Positions 16,167-24,712 of a DNA stretch of 26,252 nt are shown piece by piece. Each line of letters begins with the position of its first letter. Position 1 is the first letter of the stretch. The notes under the pieces were generated by a model. That model was not told the origin of the DNA and did not search any database. It was given only the letters and a program-made list of their open reading frames with translations. Source of the stretch: a virus (Duplodnaviria > Caudoviricetes); IMG/VR virus record IMGVR_UViG_3300022862_000026, positions 1 to 26,252 of that record; one strand, 5' to 3'. Position numbers and translations under genes: made by a program.

Positions 16167-17461
16167 TTCGAATCCTCGCTAATCACTAATTCGCTAAGGT
16201 CGCCCGAGCCCTCGCCGTCATTGACTTGTGGCGATTTCTGCAGGATTTCAAATAAGGCCTCTTTAAGGCCGTGGATGGCGGTGAAACCGATCCGGTCAAG
16301 CCACGCATGCCACTTCTCCAGAGCCAACTTGCGCTGCTCCATGGCCTGCGTGTGGATGTAGGTGCTGGCGATCTTGCCCAGCGTGTGGTTCAGCAGCATC
16401 TCGCCGATGTGGCCGTCGATGCCGAGGTCGGTCCAGGTGGTGCGCGACACCTTGCGCAGGTCATGGCTGGTCCACTCGCCCTGCCCCAGGCGGGTGAAAA
16501 CCATGCTGGCTTGGGTCTCGCTCAGGCAGTGGCCACGGCGATTCGGGAACAGGTAAACGCCCTCATACCCCCGGGCCTGCTGGATCGACCGGTACCGGAT
16601 CAGCAGTGCTCTCATCTGCGCCGTCAGCGGCAGTCGGTGCTCGGTACGGGTCTTGGTGTGAGCAGCAGGAATGAACCACTCGGCGGCAGCCAGGGTTACG
16701 TCACTCCAGCGGGCCATGCGGGTTTCGCCGATTCGGGTACCGTGGGCCAGCATCATCAGGGCCAGCATGGCGTCGTGCGGGGTCGCCTCGAATGCCTGGG
16801 ACAGTTGCTGCATCAGCTCGGGCAGGTGCACACCACGCAGGCGCGCTGCCTTGGGGGCGATTCGTGCCTTGGTGAAGTCACTGAAGCGCACCCCGGCCAA
16901 GGGATTGCTGTCGATCATCTCCAGCTTCAGGGCTTGGCGGAAGGCGGTCAGCAGCATGCCGAACATCTGCCGCAGATAGGACAGCGAGAGCTTGGCCTGG
17001 GCTGGCCAAATCAGGTGCTTGTCGATCAGCTCAGCGGTGACGTATTTGACTGGGAGATCGCCCAAGCATGGGCTTAGGTGCTGCCCGATGGCGGAGCGGG
17101 CGCCGGCTTTTCGCTTTGCAGACAGCGAGCGGTCGAGCGCCATCCGGCCGGCGTACCAGTCGAGCAACTGGCCTACGGTGCCCATGCCCGAAACCACCGG
17201 TGCAGTGGCCGGGTTGCGCATCAGGCGCTGACGCAGCGCGGGCAGCTCGGAAATCACAGTGGCCACGGACAGGTCAGGCCAGCGGGCGATCGGCACCCAC
17301 TTCTTGCCGCACACCAGGTGCCAGGTGCCGCGCTCGCGGTTGCTCCAGAAGCGCAGGTACAGGCCGGGGTGACGTGGGTCGCGTAGGTCGCGCACCGACT
17401 TGTCGGCGGCCTGCCGGCGCACCTCGGCCTCGCTCAGCTTGACTTCCCGAGTCGCGCTCAT
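16163..17461 (-). CDS. Tyrosine recombinase/integrase-family protein (432 aa, start MSATREV)
   Basis: Arm-binding-like N-terminus (LRDPRHPGLYLR); catalytic R (GTRIGE), K (HTKT), HxxR (HDLR), H (LNH), Y (STYIH). Confidence 0.93.
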   Translation of the reverse strand: MSATREVKLSEAEVRRQAADKSVRDLRDPRHPGLYLRFWSNRERGTWHLVCGKKWVPIARWPDLSVATVISELPALRQRLMRNPATAPVVSGMGTVGQLLDWYAGRMALDRSLSAKRKAGARSAIGQHLSPCLGDLPVKYVTAELIDKHLIWPAQAKLSLSYLRQMFGMLLTAFRQALKLEMIDSNPLAGVRFSDFTKARIAPKAARLRGVHLPELMQQLSQAFEATPHDAMLALMMLAHGTRIGETRMARWSDVTLAAAEWFIPAAHTKTRTEHRLPLTAQMRALLIRYRSIQQARGYEGVYLFPNRRGHCLSETQASMVFTRLGQGEWTSHDLRKVSRTTWTDLGIDGHIGEMLLNHTLGKIASTYIHTQAMEQRKLALEKWHAWLDRIGFTAIHGLKEALFEILQKSPQVNDGEGSGDLSELVISEDSK

Positions 17462-17883
17462 GCAGCCACCGTGACGGGAAGGGCCAGGTAGGCTCTCAGG
17501 CACTCCATTGCGTCGAAATGCCCACGACACACAACAGCCAGGTAGCCTTGATCGTTCAGCCGGCCAATGGAGGCCTGTTGCTCGAGGGATACCGGCGCCG
17601 GCTTCACAGTGGCCTTAAACTCGATGAACAGGCCGAAGTAGCCGCCTCTCGCCATGGTCAGCTGGAGGTCTGGAATGCCAGCCTTAGTACCCTGAGCTTT
17701 GAGGCGAATCGCCTCGGACTTGTTGCGCAGTCCGCCGTTAGGGGTGTGATGCAAGTTTGCGAACACCTCGGGATATCGAAGCTCGATCTCTTTCATCAGG
17801 GCGACCTGCTCTAACCCTTCGCGATCGATGCGCTTGGCTCTTGGTTTTCCGGGCTTGTCCGGACGGAGGGCAGGAGCGCTCAT
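17458..17883 (-). CDS. VRR-NUC domain nuclease (putative Holliday junction resolvase)
   Basis: HTPNGGLR...GTKAGIPDL...LFIEFK...EQQ motifs. Confidence 0.9.
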   Translation of the reverse strand: MSAPALRPDKPGKPRAKRIDREGLEQVALMKEIELRYPEVFANLHHTPNGGLRNKSEAIRLKAQGTKAGIPDLQLTMARGGYFGLFIEFKATVKPAPVSLEQQASIGRLNDQGYLAVVCRGHFDAMECLRAYLALPVTVAA

Positions 17884-18176
17884 GCGGTAACCACCGCCTC
17901 AGCCAGCAAGAGCGCCTGAGTACGCATCACGCCCTCGGCGTGGTATTGACGAGCAGTGTCCCGATCCACGCCCTTGCTGCGCCCATCGCAGACATCGTGG
18001 CAAGCGCTACAAGCCCAGGCGCCTTGCAGGTCGTGCGGCTTCTTGCCGACGCCGCAGGTGCCCGCCAGGCGGTAGTGCGCAAGGACGGTGGTCTCGGGGT
18101 TGCCGTTGCATACGCCAGGGATACGCACCTGGCATTCGCGGCCGCGTGCGGCCTTGGTCAGTTTTGATTGCCGCAT
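17880..18176 (-). CDS. DUF1364 (YbcO-like) zinc-binding protein
   Basis: AARGRECQVRIPGVCNGNPETTVLAH...ACSACHD. Confidence 0.9.
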   Translation of the reverse strand: MRQSKLTKAARGRECQVRIPGVCNGNPETTVLAHYRLAGTCGVGKKPHDLQGAWACSACHDVCDGRSKGVDRDTARQYHAEGVMRTQALLLAEAVVTA

Positions 18177-18376
18177 GGGCTGTCTTCTCCATGAAGATCA
18201 ATGACGCGGAATGTGTTCGGCCACATGCACTGGCCATGGCTACGAGCTGCCTGCTCGTCGCGATACAGCGCCATCGGTTGGGCTGGTTCGTGGGCAAGAT
18301 CCAGCAGGTCACTGCGGCAATACAGCGCCCAGCGATACTCGGAAAGCTTGGGCGGCAGGTGCATTGGGTCGGTCAT
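18158..18376 (-). CDS. Hypothetical protein (72 aa)
   Basis: ATGA-coupled to dnaB; fills the operon. Confidence 0.7.
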   Translation of the reverse strand: MTDPMHLPPKLSEYRWALYCRSDLLDLAHEPAQPMALYRDEQAARSHGQCMWPNTFRVIDLHGEDSPCGNQN

Positions 18377-19752
18377 GCAGCGGCTCCTCGCTGGGCATAT
18401 CTGGATCTCAGGGATCGCTCGGGCGCAGGCGCTTTGGCGGGAGGCTGCCAGCTCGCAGAGAGGCTTTCGAAACGGTTGAACTGCCCCAAAAAAGCCGCGC
18501 GCACGGTTCCGACCTCAATGTCTCGACCTTTCCCCACGATGATTTCGGCGATGCCTTTGAGCTCGGTGTCTTCGTGGTAAACCTCGTCGCGATAGACGAA
18601 CAGGATCACGTCTGCGTCCTGCTCAATTGCGCCCGACTCACGGAGGTCAGATGGCACCGGGCGCTTGTTTGGGCGCTCCTCGCACTTACGAGAAAGCTGA
18701 CTGAGCAGCACAACCGGAATACCGAGCTCGCGTGCAAGTAACTTGCACCCGCGACTTATGCCGCTGACCTCTTCAGTGCGATTGCCACCCTCGCCTTCCA
18801 TCAGCTGTAGGTAATCGATCATCAGGATGTCGAGCCCATAGCGCATCTTGTGCCGACGAGCCATCGAGCGAATGCGGCCGACCGTGGCGCCGGCGCGGTC
18901 GGCGATGAACAGGTTTGCGTGCTGGATCTTGCCGACTGCCGCGCACAGTTCCGCCCCATGGGACTGGCAGGCAGAACCATTTTTGATGAGGTTGAGCGGA
19001 ATTTTCCCTTCTGCCGCAGTGGCTCGATCAATGAGCTGGGCCCTGCTCATTTCCAGGCTGACGACCAAAGCTGACTTCTTCTGGCGGACCGCAGCGTCCA
19101 GCACAAACCCCATGGCGAGCGTGGTTTTGCCCATAGCAGGCCTGCCGGCCACAACGATCAACTGCTCCGGCTGCAGGCCACCCAGTTTCTCGTCGAGGTC
19201 AACCAGGCCGGTGGACAGGCCAATCAATGTCTCACCGCGTGACAGGCGGTCATGCCTCTCCTGCCAGACCTCCAGCTGCTCGGCCATCAGATCACCAGCC
19301 TTGACGATCTCATCACCATCGGTCCCGGTGTCGATCGCCATGGCAGCTGCCTGCACGGCCGCGATCTTGTCTTGGATGTCGCCGCCACTCTGGGCGATCT
19401 CCAGCGTTCGGTCACTCAGGTCATACAGTGCCCGCTCCACGGCGCGCTCCCTGACGATCCGGGCATACTCGCTTGCGTTGGCAACGCTGGGGGTGTTCCT
19501 GGCGATCTCAGCGCAATACGCCAGTGCGCTATCACCTGAGGACAATGTGCCCAGGTGATCGGCCACAGTCAGGAAGTCCACGGAGCGACCCGTGGAGCGC
19601 ACCGACATGATCCCTCGGAAGACTTCGGCATTGTCGGCGAAGTAGAACGATTCAGCTGATAGGTCGTCGGAGAGAACGTCGATCAGCTCTGGGCGGAGGA
19701 GCATGGCGCCGAGTAGGCTGTGTTCAGCCTCGAGGTTGTAGGGCTCACGCAT
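18373..19752 (-). CDS. dnaB: Replicative DNA helicase (phage DnaB)
   Basis: EAEHSLLG, AGRPAMGKTT, SLEMS, IDYLQL, LSQLSR, SDLRESGAIEQDAD motifs. Confidence 0.97.
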   Translation of the reverse strand: MREPYNLEAEHSLLGAMLLRPELIDVLSDDLSAESFYFADNAEVFRGIMSVRSTGRSVDFLTVADHLGTLSSGDSALAYCAEIARNTPSVANASEYARIVRERAVERALYDLSDRTLEIAQSGGDIQDKIAAVQAAAMAIDTGTDGDEIVKAGDLMAEQLEVWQERHDRLSRGETLIGLSTGLVDLDEKLGGLQPEQLIVVAGRPAMGKTTLAMGFVLDAAVRQKKSALVVSLEMSRAQLIDRATAAEGKIPLNLIKNGSACQSHGAELCAAVGKIQHANLFIADRAGATVGRIRSMARRHKMRYGLDILMIDYLQLMEGEGGNRTEEVSGISRGCKLLARELGIPVVLLSQLSRKCEERPNKRPVPSDLRESGAIEQDADVILFVYRDEVYHEDTELKGIAEIIVGKGRDIEVGTVRAAFLGQFNRFESLSASWQPPAKAPAPERSLRSRYAQRGAAA

Positions 19753-20467
19753 GGTAATTGCCCTCGACCACCTTCACGAAGTTCGAAGGGGCAATCAGCC
19801 AGTCGAACGTGGCCCGGAAGGGTTTGGCACCATTCCTGCCGTCGATCTTGCCCATCAGGAAATCACTGCCGGCAACGATGGTGAAGAAATCACGCCAGAA
19901 CTCAAGGTCCTGGTGGACAGGGCTTTCCGCCCAGCGCGCCTTGATCTTTGCTGAGCGGTCTTTGTTGATCAGAACCACGCTCGGCAGAGTTGGCAGCAGT
20001 TCGTTGAACAGGCCTACGATTTGATCGACTGGTACCGAATTCAACGCCTCGCGCATGCTCGCGGTATCTCCTGACGGTTCCTTGATGGTTCCTTTACGGT
20101 TCTGGGGGCACGTGGTGCCGGGGTGAGGGGCATCTAGTGCCGGGGTGGGGGGCATTTCCTGCCGGGGTTCCCCGGCATCTGCTGCCGGGAGGCACGTGGT
20201 GCCGGGGTTGTAGCTGGATGGGCTCACGGTGTACCAGGTGGAACGGCCTGTTCGATGGTGAGCAGACAACACTCCAGACTGCTCCAACCAGCGCAAGGCG
20301 TTGCGTACGGCACGCTCGGACAGGCAGGTGCGCTCTACGATACGAGCCACCGAAGGCCAGCAGACGCCGTCGTCGTTTGAGTTGTCAGCAAGGGATATCA
20401 GCACGGACTTCTGGGCCGGACTCATGCCCTGGAGTGGCCAACAAGCCGTCATGATGATCGTGCTCAT
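19745..20467 (-). CDS. Replication initiator (O-like, N-terminal winged HTH), 240 aa
   Basis: QKSVLISLADNSNDDGVCWPS...LSERAVRNALRWLE; C-terminal FDWLI...NFVKVVEGNY; internal iterons. Confidence 0.92.
   Translation of the reverse strand: MSTIIMTACWPLQGMSPAQKSVLISLADNSNDDGVCWPSVARIVERTCLSERAVRNALRWLEQSGVLSAHHRTGRSTWYTVSPSSYNPGTTCLPAADAGEPRQEMPPTPALDAPHPGTTCPQNRKGTIKEPSGDTASMREALNSVPVDQIVGLFNELLPTLPSVVLINKDRSAKIKARWAESPVHQDLEFWRDFFTIVAGSDFLMGKIDGRNGAKPFRATFDWLIAPSNFVKVVEGNYHA
20076..20207. repeat. Replication origin: five iterons GGCA-N5-TGCCGGG plus three GGTTC repeats with 11-bp period
   Basis: Iterons start at 20107, 20129, 20151, 20174 and 20191; GGTTC at 20076, 20087 and 20098. Confidence 0.88.
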
Positions 20468-20652
20468 GGCTGGGTCTCGCACAGGGACGCGCGCAGGTGC
20501 TCTACGCACTCGGCGCGAAATGCATGCTTGGACGTAGGCGCGTACTGGTGTCGGATCATCCGCGCTGCGTTGAGGGCGGCGGACTTGTGGAAAGCTTTCT
20601 GGTGCAAAATGGCTACGGGCGCGGTGTTGCTTGCATCCATTGCAGAGTGCAT
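20464..20652 (-). CDS. Hypothetical protein (62 aa)
   Basis: GAGGT RBS; ATGA-coupled to the initiator gene. Confidence 0.7.
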   Translation of the reverse strand: MHSAMDASNTAPVAILHQKAFHKSAALNAARMIRHQYAPTSKHAFRAECVEHLRASLCETQP

Positions 20653-20680
20653 AATCGACCTCGATTTGATGCTGTTGAAG

Positions 20681-20706
20681 AAGCCGGGCTGCCACCCGGT
20701 TTTTTT
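20681..20706. terminator. Probably bidirectional terminator (tR1-like)
   Basis: AAGCCGGG-ctgcca-CCCGGTTTTTTT; T run on the + strand, TTCTT on the - strand. Confidence 0.8.
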
Positions 20707-20724
20707 ATGCCTGCGATTCAGGTA

Positions 20725-20740
20725 CTGGATGGATCAGCAG
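20725..20740. promoter_or_regulatory. LexA-box-like site
   Basis: (TA)CTGGATGGATCAGCAG fits CTG-N10-CAG and resembles the reverse complement of the box at 25056. Confidence 0.4.
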
Positions 20741-20880
20741 GTGTTTTGGTCATCTACTGGCTCAGTGCCAGCTAGCGGATAATTCGATTCACGACCAGTC
20801 GAGACCTAAGCCCTTCCATTCAACATCGGGCTACCGCCTTCACAGGCCAAACGGGTACTTCTCCTAGCAGTTGGAATGGG

Positions 20881-21102
20881 TTAGGCGACGGATTGCTTTG
20901 GGCTGTGTTTGCCACTCTCGATCAGCTCACCGTGCATTTGGTCTATCGCGGTCCCGGCTAGGTAGCTCGGGTTGCTTATCTGTCCATTGCGAATGCGGAA
21001 GACTGTCGAGATGTCGCATTTGGCTCGCTCTGCAATGGCCTTGTAGGTCATGCCAGAGCTAAGCAATGCATCCAGTTTTTTCGGAAGATCGGTAGCGCTC
21101 AT
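20881..21102 (-). CDS. cro: Cro-like HTH regulator (73 aa)
   Basis: MTYKAIAERAKCDISTVFRIRNG HTH; AGGAGG RBS; divergent from cI. Confidence 0.88.
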   Translation of the reverse strand: MSATDLPKKLDALLSSGMTYKAIAERAKCDISTVFRIRNGQISNPSYLAGTAIDQMHGELIESGKHSPKQSVA

Positions 21103-21114
21103 GGCTGCCTCCTG

Positions 21115-21209
21115 TGTAGATATGCACATCATCATGCACTAGTGCATACATGTCAACGATCCGCTGTATTGCTCTATGCACTGCTGGGAGGCAGCATTGC
21201 ACCTATGCA
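21115..21209. promoter_or_regulatory. OR operators (TGCA-N4-TGCA) and PR promoter
   Basis: PR on the minus strand: TTGACA(21151-56)-N17-GATGAT(21128-33); perfect palindrome ATGCACTAGTGCAT at 21134-21147; further sites at 21115-21126 (one mismatch) and 21198-21209. Confidence 0.87.
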
Positions 21210-22047
21210 TAAATCGATAGATAAAATCCTTGCTCAGCTGATGGCCAGAGACGGCATCACCCAGATTGAGCTGTCGAGCCGGACAAGCGTCGGGCAGTCG
21301 ACCATTTCCCGAATTCTCAAGCCGCAGGGCCCAAAAGGGATCAAAGAGCCGACTGACAAGCAGGTGCGACCTCTTGCAGATTTTTTTGGAATCACCACAG
21401 ATCAGTTGCGAGGCTACGAACCTTTAGGTGAGGCCAAGCCTGAAGCCCAGGACCGCAAAAACCTGTCTACTGCCGAGATCGTTAAGCAGATGCTCGCAAA
21501 GCATGGCAAGGGCCTTTCTCTGGATGCTCGGCAGAAAATCGCCGAAGCCATTGAGGAAAAGTCTGCCGAGCAAGCCGCTTCCAATGTCATTGCCGTCGAC
21601 TTTGTTCGCCCAGGCCTCGTCGGCGACGAGGTGTGGATTGCTCACTACGACGTACGCGGAGCAATGGGCGATGGTGAAGTGGCTCACGACTTCCCTGAAA
21701 TGCTGCAGGACATCCGCGTGAGCCCTACTCACCTGCGAGAGATGGGGGTCGAGTTCAAAGAGCATTTCCATCTGAAGCTCATAACGGGTGTCGGTCAGTC
21801 CATGGCACCGACTATCAGGAGCCGCGACCCACTGGTCGTAGACATCAGCATCCGTGAGTTCGTGGGCGACGGGATCTACTACTTCTCCCACCAGGGCCAT
21901 CAGTACATCAAGCGCCTGCAGAAGAAAGGTCGCGACCATTTCAAGATGATCTCGGACAACACGAATCATCCGCCTGAGGACATCCGGGTTGATGAGACCT
22001 ACATCCAGGCCAGGGTGCTTTTGGTATGGAATGCTCATCTCGTCTGA
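21205..22047 (+). CDS. cI: CI repressor (HTH + S24 autopeptidase), 280 aa
   Basis: ITQIELSSRTSVGQSTISRIL HTH; GAMGDG cleavage loop; GQSMAPTI (Ser) and YIKRL (Lys) catalytic dyad. Confidence 0.95.
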   Translation: MHKSIDKILAQLMARDGITQIELSSRTSVGQSTISRILKPQGPKGIKEPTDKQVRPLADFFGITTDQLRGYEPLGEAKPEAQDRKNLSTAEIVKQMLAKHGKGLSLDARQKIAEAIEEKSAEQAASNVIAVDFVRPGLVGDEVWIAHYDVRGAMGDGEVAHDFPEMLQDIRVSPTHLREMGVEFKEHFHLKLITGVGQSMAPTIRSRDPLVVDISIREFVGDGIYYFSHQGHQYIKRLQKKGRDHFKMISDNTNHPPEDIRVDETYIQARVLLVWNAHLV

Positions 22048-22089
22048 AAAGTGCCGAGAGCGGCGATGGGCTGAATCGGAATAGGGCAT

Positions 22090-22118
22090 TTGTAATGCCA
22101 TCAAAAAGCCACTACCAT
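22090..22118 (+). promoter_or_regulatory. Candidate sigma70 promoter for the ATPase-nuclease gene
   Basis: TTGTAA-N17-TACCAT. Confidence 0.5.
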
Positions 22119-22240
22119 TCGCGTTTTATTTCCGCTCCATATAGAACCACCGGCGAGGTCCAAAATTTGGATACGGTGTTTTTCGAATGGTTCGTTAGAA
22201 AATTTCACACACATTCAGTCTAGTATAAACAAATGGAATT

Positions 22241-24268
22241 GTGATGAGCGTATTACTTCACACAAATTTAAAGGGAAGACTAAGAAATACATCGCTACCA
22301 AAAAGCCACGGACTTCTTCCCGTATTTGAGGCGATTGTTAACTCCATTCATTCCATTGAAGAGAAAGGTAATCTAGAGACTGGGCGCATAATTCTAGACA
22401 TCGCCCGATCCAGCCAATCATCTCTCGATATTGAGGATGGTGTAGAAGCAATAACAGGATTCACGGTATCGGATAATGGTTGCGGATTTAACGATACAAA
22501 TCTCAATTCATTTCAGACTCTTGATTCAGACCATAAAATCGATAAAGGCTGCCGGGGTGTAGGGAGGCTCATGTGGCTGAAGGCTTTCGATAAAGTCGAA
22601 GTCGAAAGCTATTATCAACACGGCGACGGCTTCAAATTTCGCACATTTAGCCTAGATGAATCCAAGGGCGTCTATGATCTTTCGACTGAGGATAAAGGGG
22701 AAGTGCGCAGCGGGTCTCGCATCAAGCTCCTCGGCTTCAATCCGAGTTATCGAGATTCCACGCCGAAAACAGCAACAACAATTGCTAACCAATTGCTTGA
22801 GCACTGCCTTTGGTACTTTGTTCGGCCAGATGGCGCACCCCGGATTACAGTCAGAGATGAGCACGAAGCTATCGAGATCTATGAACTATATGACAAGAAT
22901 ATGATGTCTGCAGCTACGCATGAGCAGATAGATATTCTAGGCTCAACATTCGAGTTAACCCATATAAAGTTTCGATACTCAACGTCTAGGAAACATCAAA
23001 TCGCTTTATGCGCCGCCAATCGTCTAGCCAAAGAGGAAGGCATTCAGGGAAAAATACCAGGTCTAACCGGAAAGCTAACAGACTCCTCTGGCGACTTCAT
23101 TTACAACTGCTATGTTTCCTCCCCATACCTTGATGAAAATGTCAGAAGCGAGAGAACATCCTTCAACATTGCGGAAGATTTTAATGGAATGTTCTCGCAA
23201 ACAGAGATAAGTTTACGTATGATCCGCGAAAAAGTGCTGGATCGAGCGAAACTTTATCTTGAAAGCTACCTTAGAGACAGTATAGAAGCTGGCAATCGCA
23301 GAATAGCATCTTTTATTGACACCCAAGCACCGCGATACCGATTTATAACACGATACGCGTCATCAGATGCACTAATCGTAGCCCCCGACATCTCAGATAA
23401 AGATTTAGATCTACATCTACACGAGATCTGGTACTCAATCGAGCGAGAATTGGTAAGCGAAGGGCACGACATCATGCGCCCAGGAAAGGCTGAGTCAATA
23501 GAGGATTACAAGGCTCGCCTCAGCAGCTACATTAACAAAGCTGAAGATATAAAAAAATCTGATCTTGCGAACTATGTATCGCACCGCAAAGCGATCATAG
23601 ACATACTGGAAGCCTCAATAGTCAGACTTGACGATGGAAAGTATGCTCGAGAAGACACGATTCATGAGCTAATCTTCCCTATGGGCAAAGACTCGGATTC
23701 GGTGATGGCTGACGGAAGCAACCTTTGGTTACTGGATGAAAGACTTTCATTCCACGCTTACCTCGCTTCTGATAAGACTCTAAATTCGATGCCCATTACA
23801 GATAGCACCTCAACAAAAGAACCTGACATCTTGAGCTTAAGGATTTTTGACAATCCGATCTTGGTTAACGATGGCAGTTCTTTCCCTATGGCATCTCTTA
23901 CCATCGTTGAAATAAAACGTCCAATGAGAGATGACATGAGGGAAGGAGAGGATAAAGACCCTATTGATCAAGCCCTGGGTTACTTGGACCGCATCAGGGA
24001 GGGTGGCGTCCAAACTAAAACCGGTAGACCAATCCCCGGAAACAAGAAAATTCCAGGGTATATCTATGTCGTGTGCGACCTCACCCCTACAATGACCAAA
24101 CGCTGCCGCCGAGCAAATCTCAGAGTCACCTCGGATGGTCTAGGTTATTTTGGCTATAACGAACCAAGCCATGCTTATATCGAAATCATATCCTTCGACC
24201 AATTGGTAAAATCCGCAAAAGAACGGAACCGCTCCTTCTTTGACAAACTAGGATTTCCTACCAACTAG
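22241..24268 (+). CDS. GHKL (MORC/Hsp90-like) ATPase fused to a C-terminal PD-(D/E)XK nuclease; candidate anti-phage protein
   Basis: Bergerat motifs FEAIVNS, DNGCGF, GCRGVGRL, GSRIKL; nuclease motifs EPDI...IVEIKRP...DQALGY; clearly lower GC than the phage core. Confidence 0.85.
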   Translation: MMSVLLHTNLKGRLRNTSLPKSHGLLPVFEAIVNSIHSIEEKGNLETGRIILDIARSSQSSLDIEDGVEAITGFTVSDNGCGFNDTNLNSFQTLDSDHKIDKGCRGVGRLMWLKAFDKVEVESYYQHGDGFKFRTFSLDESKGVYDLSTEDKGEVRSGSRIKLLGFNPSYRDSTPKTATTIANQLLEHCLWYFVRPDGAPRITVRDEHEAIEIYELYDKNMMSAATHEQIDILGSTFELTHIKFRYSTSRKHQIALCAANRLAKEEGIQGKIPGLTGKLTDSSGDFIYNCYVSSPYLDENVRSERTSFNIAEDFNGMFSQTEISLRMIREKVLDRAKLYLESYLRDSIEAGNRRIASFIDTQAPRYRFITRYASSDALIVAPDISDKDLDLHLHEIWYSIERELVSEGHDIMRPGKAESIEDYKARLSSYINKAEDIKKSDLANYVSHRKAIIDILEASIVRLDDGKYAREDTIHELIFPMGKDSDSVMADGSNLWLLDERLSFHAYLASDKTLNSMPITDSTSTKEPDILSLRIFDNPILVNDGSSFPMASLTIVEIKRPMRDDMREGEDKDPIDQALGYLDRIREGGVQTKTGRPIPGNKKIPGYIYVVCDLTPTMTKRCRRANLRVTSDGLGYFGYNEPSHAYIEIISFDQLVKSAKERNRSFFDKLGFPTN

Positions 24269-24277
24269 AGGACATCA

Positions 24278-24303
24278 CCGTGCTCTAGGCCTATAGAGCA
24301 CGG
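24278..24303. terminator. Hairpin between convergent genes
   Basis: CCGTGCTCTA-ggccta-TAGAGCACGG perfect 10-bp stem, no strong U tract. Confidence 0.6.
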
Positions 24304-24546
24304 CTAACTAACAACCATGTAAAGAGGAGTTAGCTGTTCACCAAACTCTATTAGCTCCCCTGCCTTTTCCCTATCCATTGTGACGTGAGCACCCAAATAA
24401 AACCAAGACCAGGCCACAGGCCTCAGTCGAACACAGGAGTCAGCTATCAATAGCTTATTCGATTGGGCAAGCCGCACTGCGGTTTGATTTCCACTCACCT
24501 CCTCCTTTATAACAAGGACATCTTCAAATACATCGTTTGCATTCAT
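24304..24546 (-). CDS. Hypothetical protein (80 aa), low GC
   Basis: AAGGGA RBS; AT-rich upstream region; ends at the hairpin. Confidence 0.6.
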   Translation of the reverse strand: MNANDVFEDVLVIKEEVSGNQTAVRLAQSNKLLIADSCVRLRPVAWSWFYLGAHVTMDREKAGELIEFGEQLTPLYMVVS

Positions 24547-24712
24547 GTCGTTTTCCCTTCAAAAATATATTTATCATCCCTAATTCAGTAAACCGACTAT
24601 ATACAAGTTCTAGCTAGATGGTGTAGGTTTCACAACTTTCAAAATAGCACAGACCGCCAGAAGCGACGACTGTTACCCCTCATGGGGGACTAAACCAATA
24701 CATTATCTGCGT

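Noticed and set aside
16163-17530. Recombinase marking a prophage boundary or a nested element
   Set aside because: It is coupled to phage genes on both sides, and no direct repeats, tRNA or composition shift were seen.
20107-20207. Short repeat array resembling a mini-CRISPR
   Set aside because: Spacers are only a few nt, the array lies inside the initiator CDS and there are no cas genes; these are iterons.
26-20800. Many plus-strand and alternative-frame ORFs in the track (for example 764..1414, 2675..3529, 7204..7977, 16271..17077)
   Set aside because: They are antisense or frame shadows of well-supported minus-strand genes in GC-rich DNA and show no protein motifs.
11640-24621. TCTAGCTAGATG present both near cos and at about 24609
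   Set aside because: 12-mer repeats are expected by chance in 26 kb; no functional link is visible.
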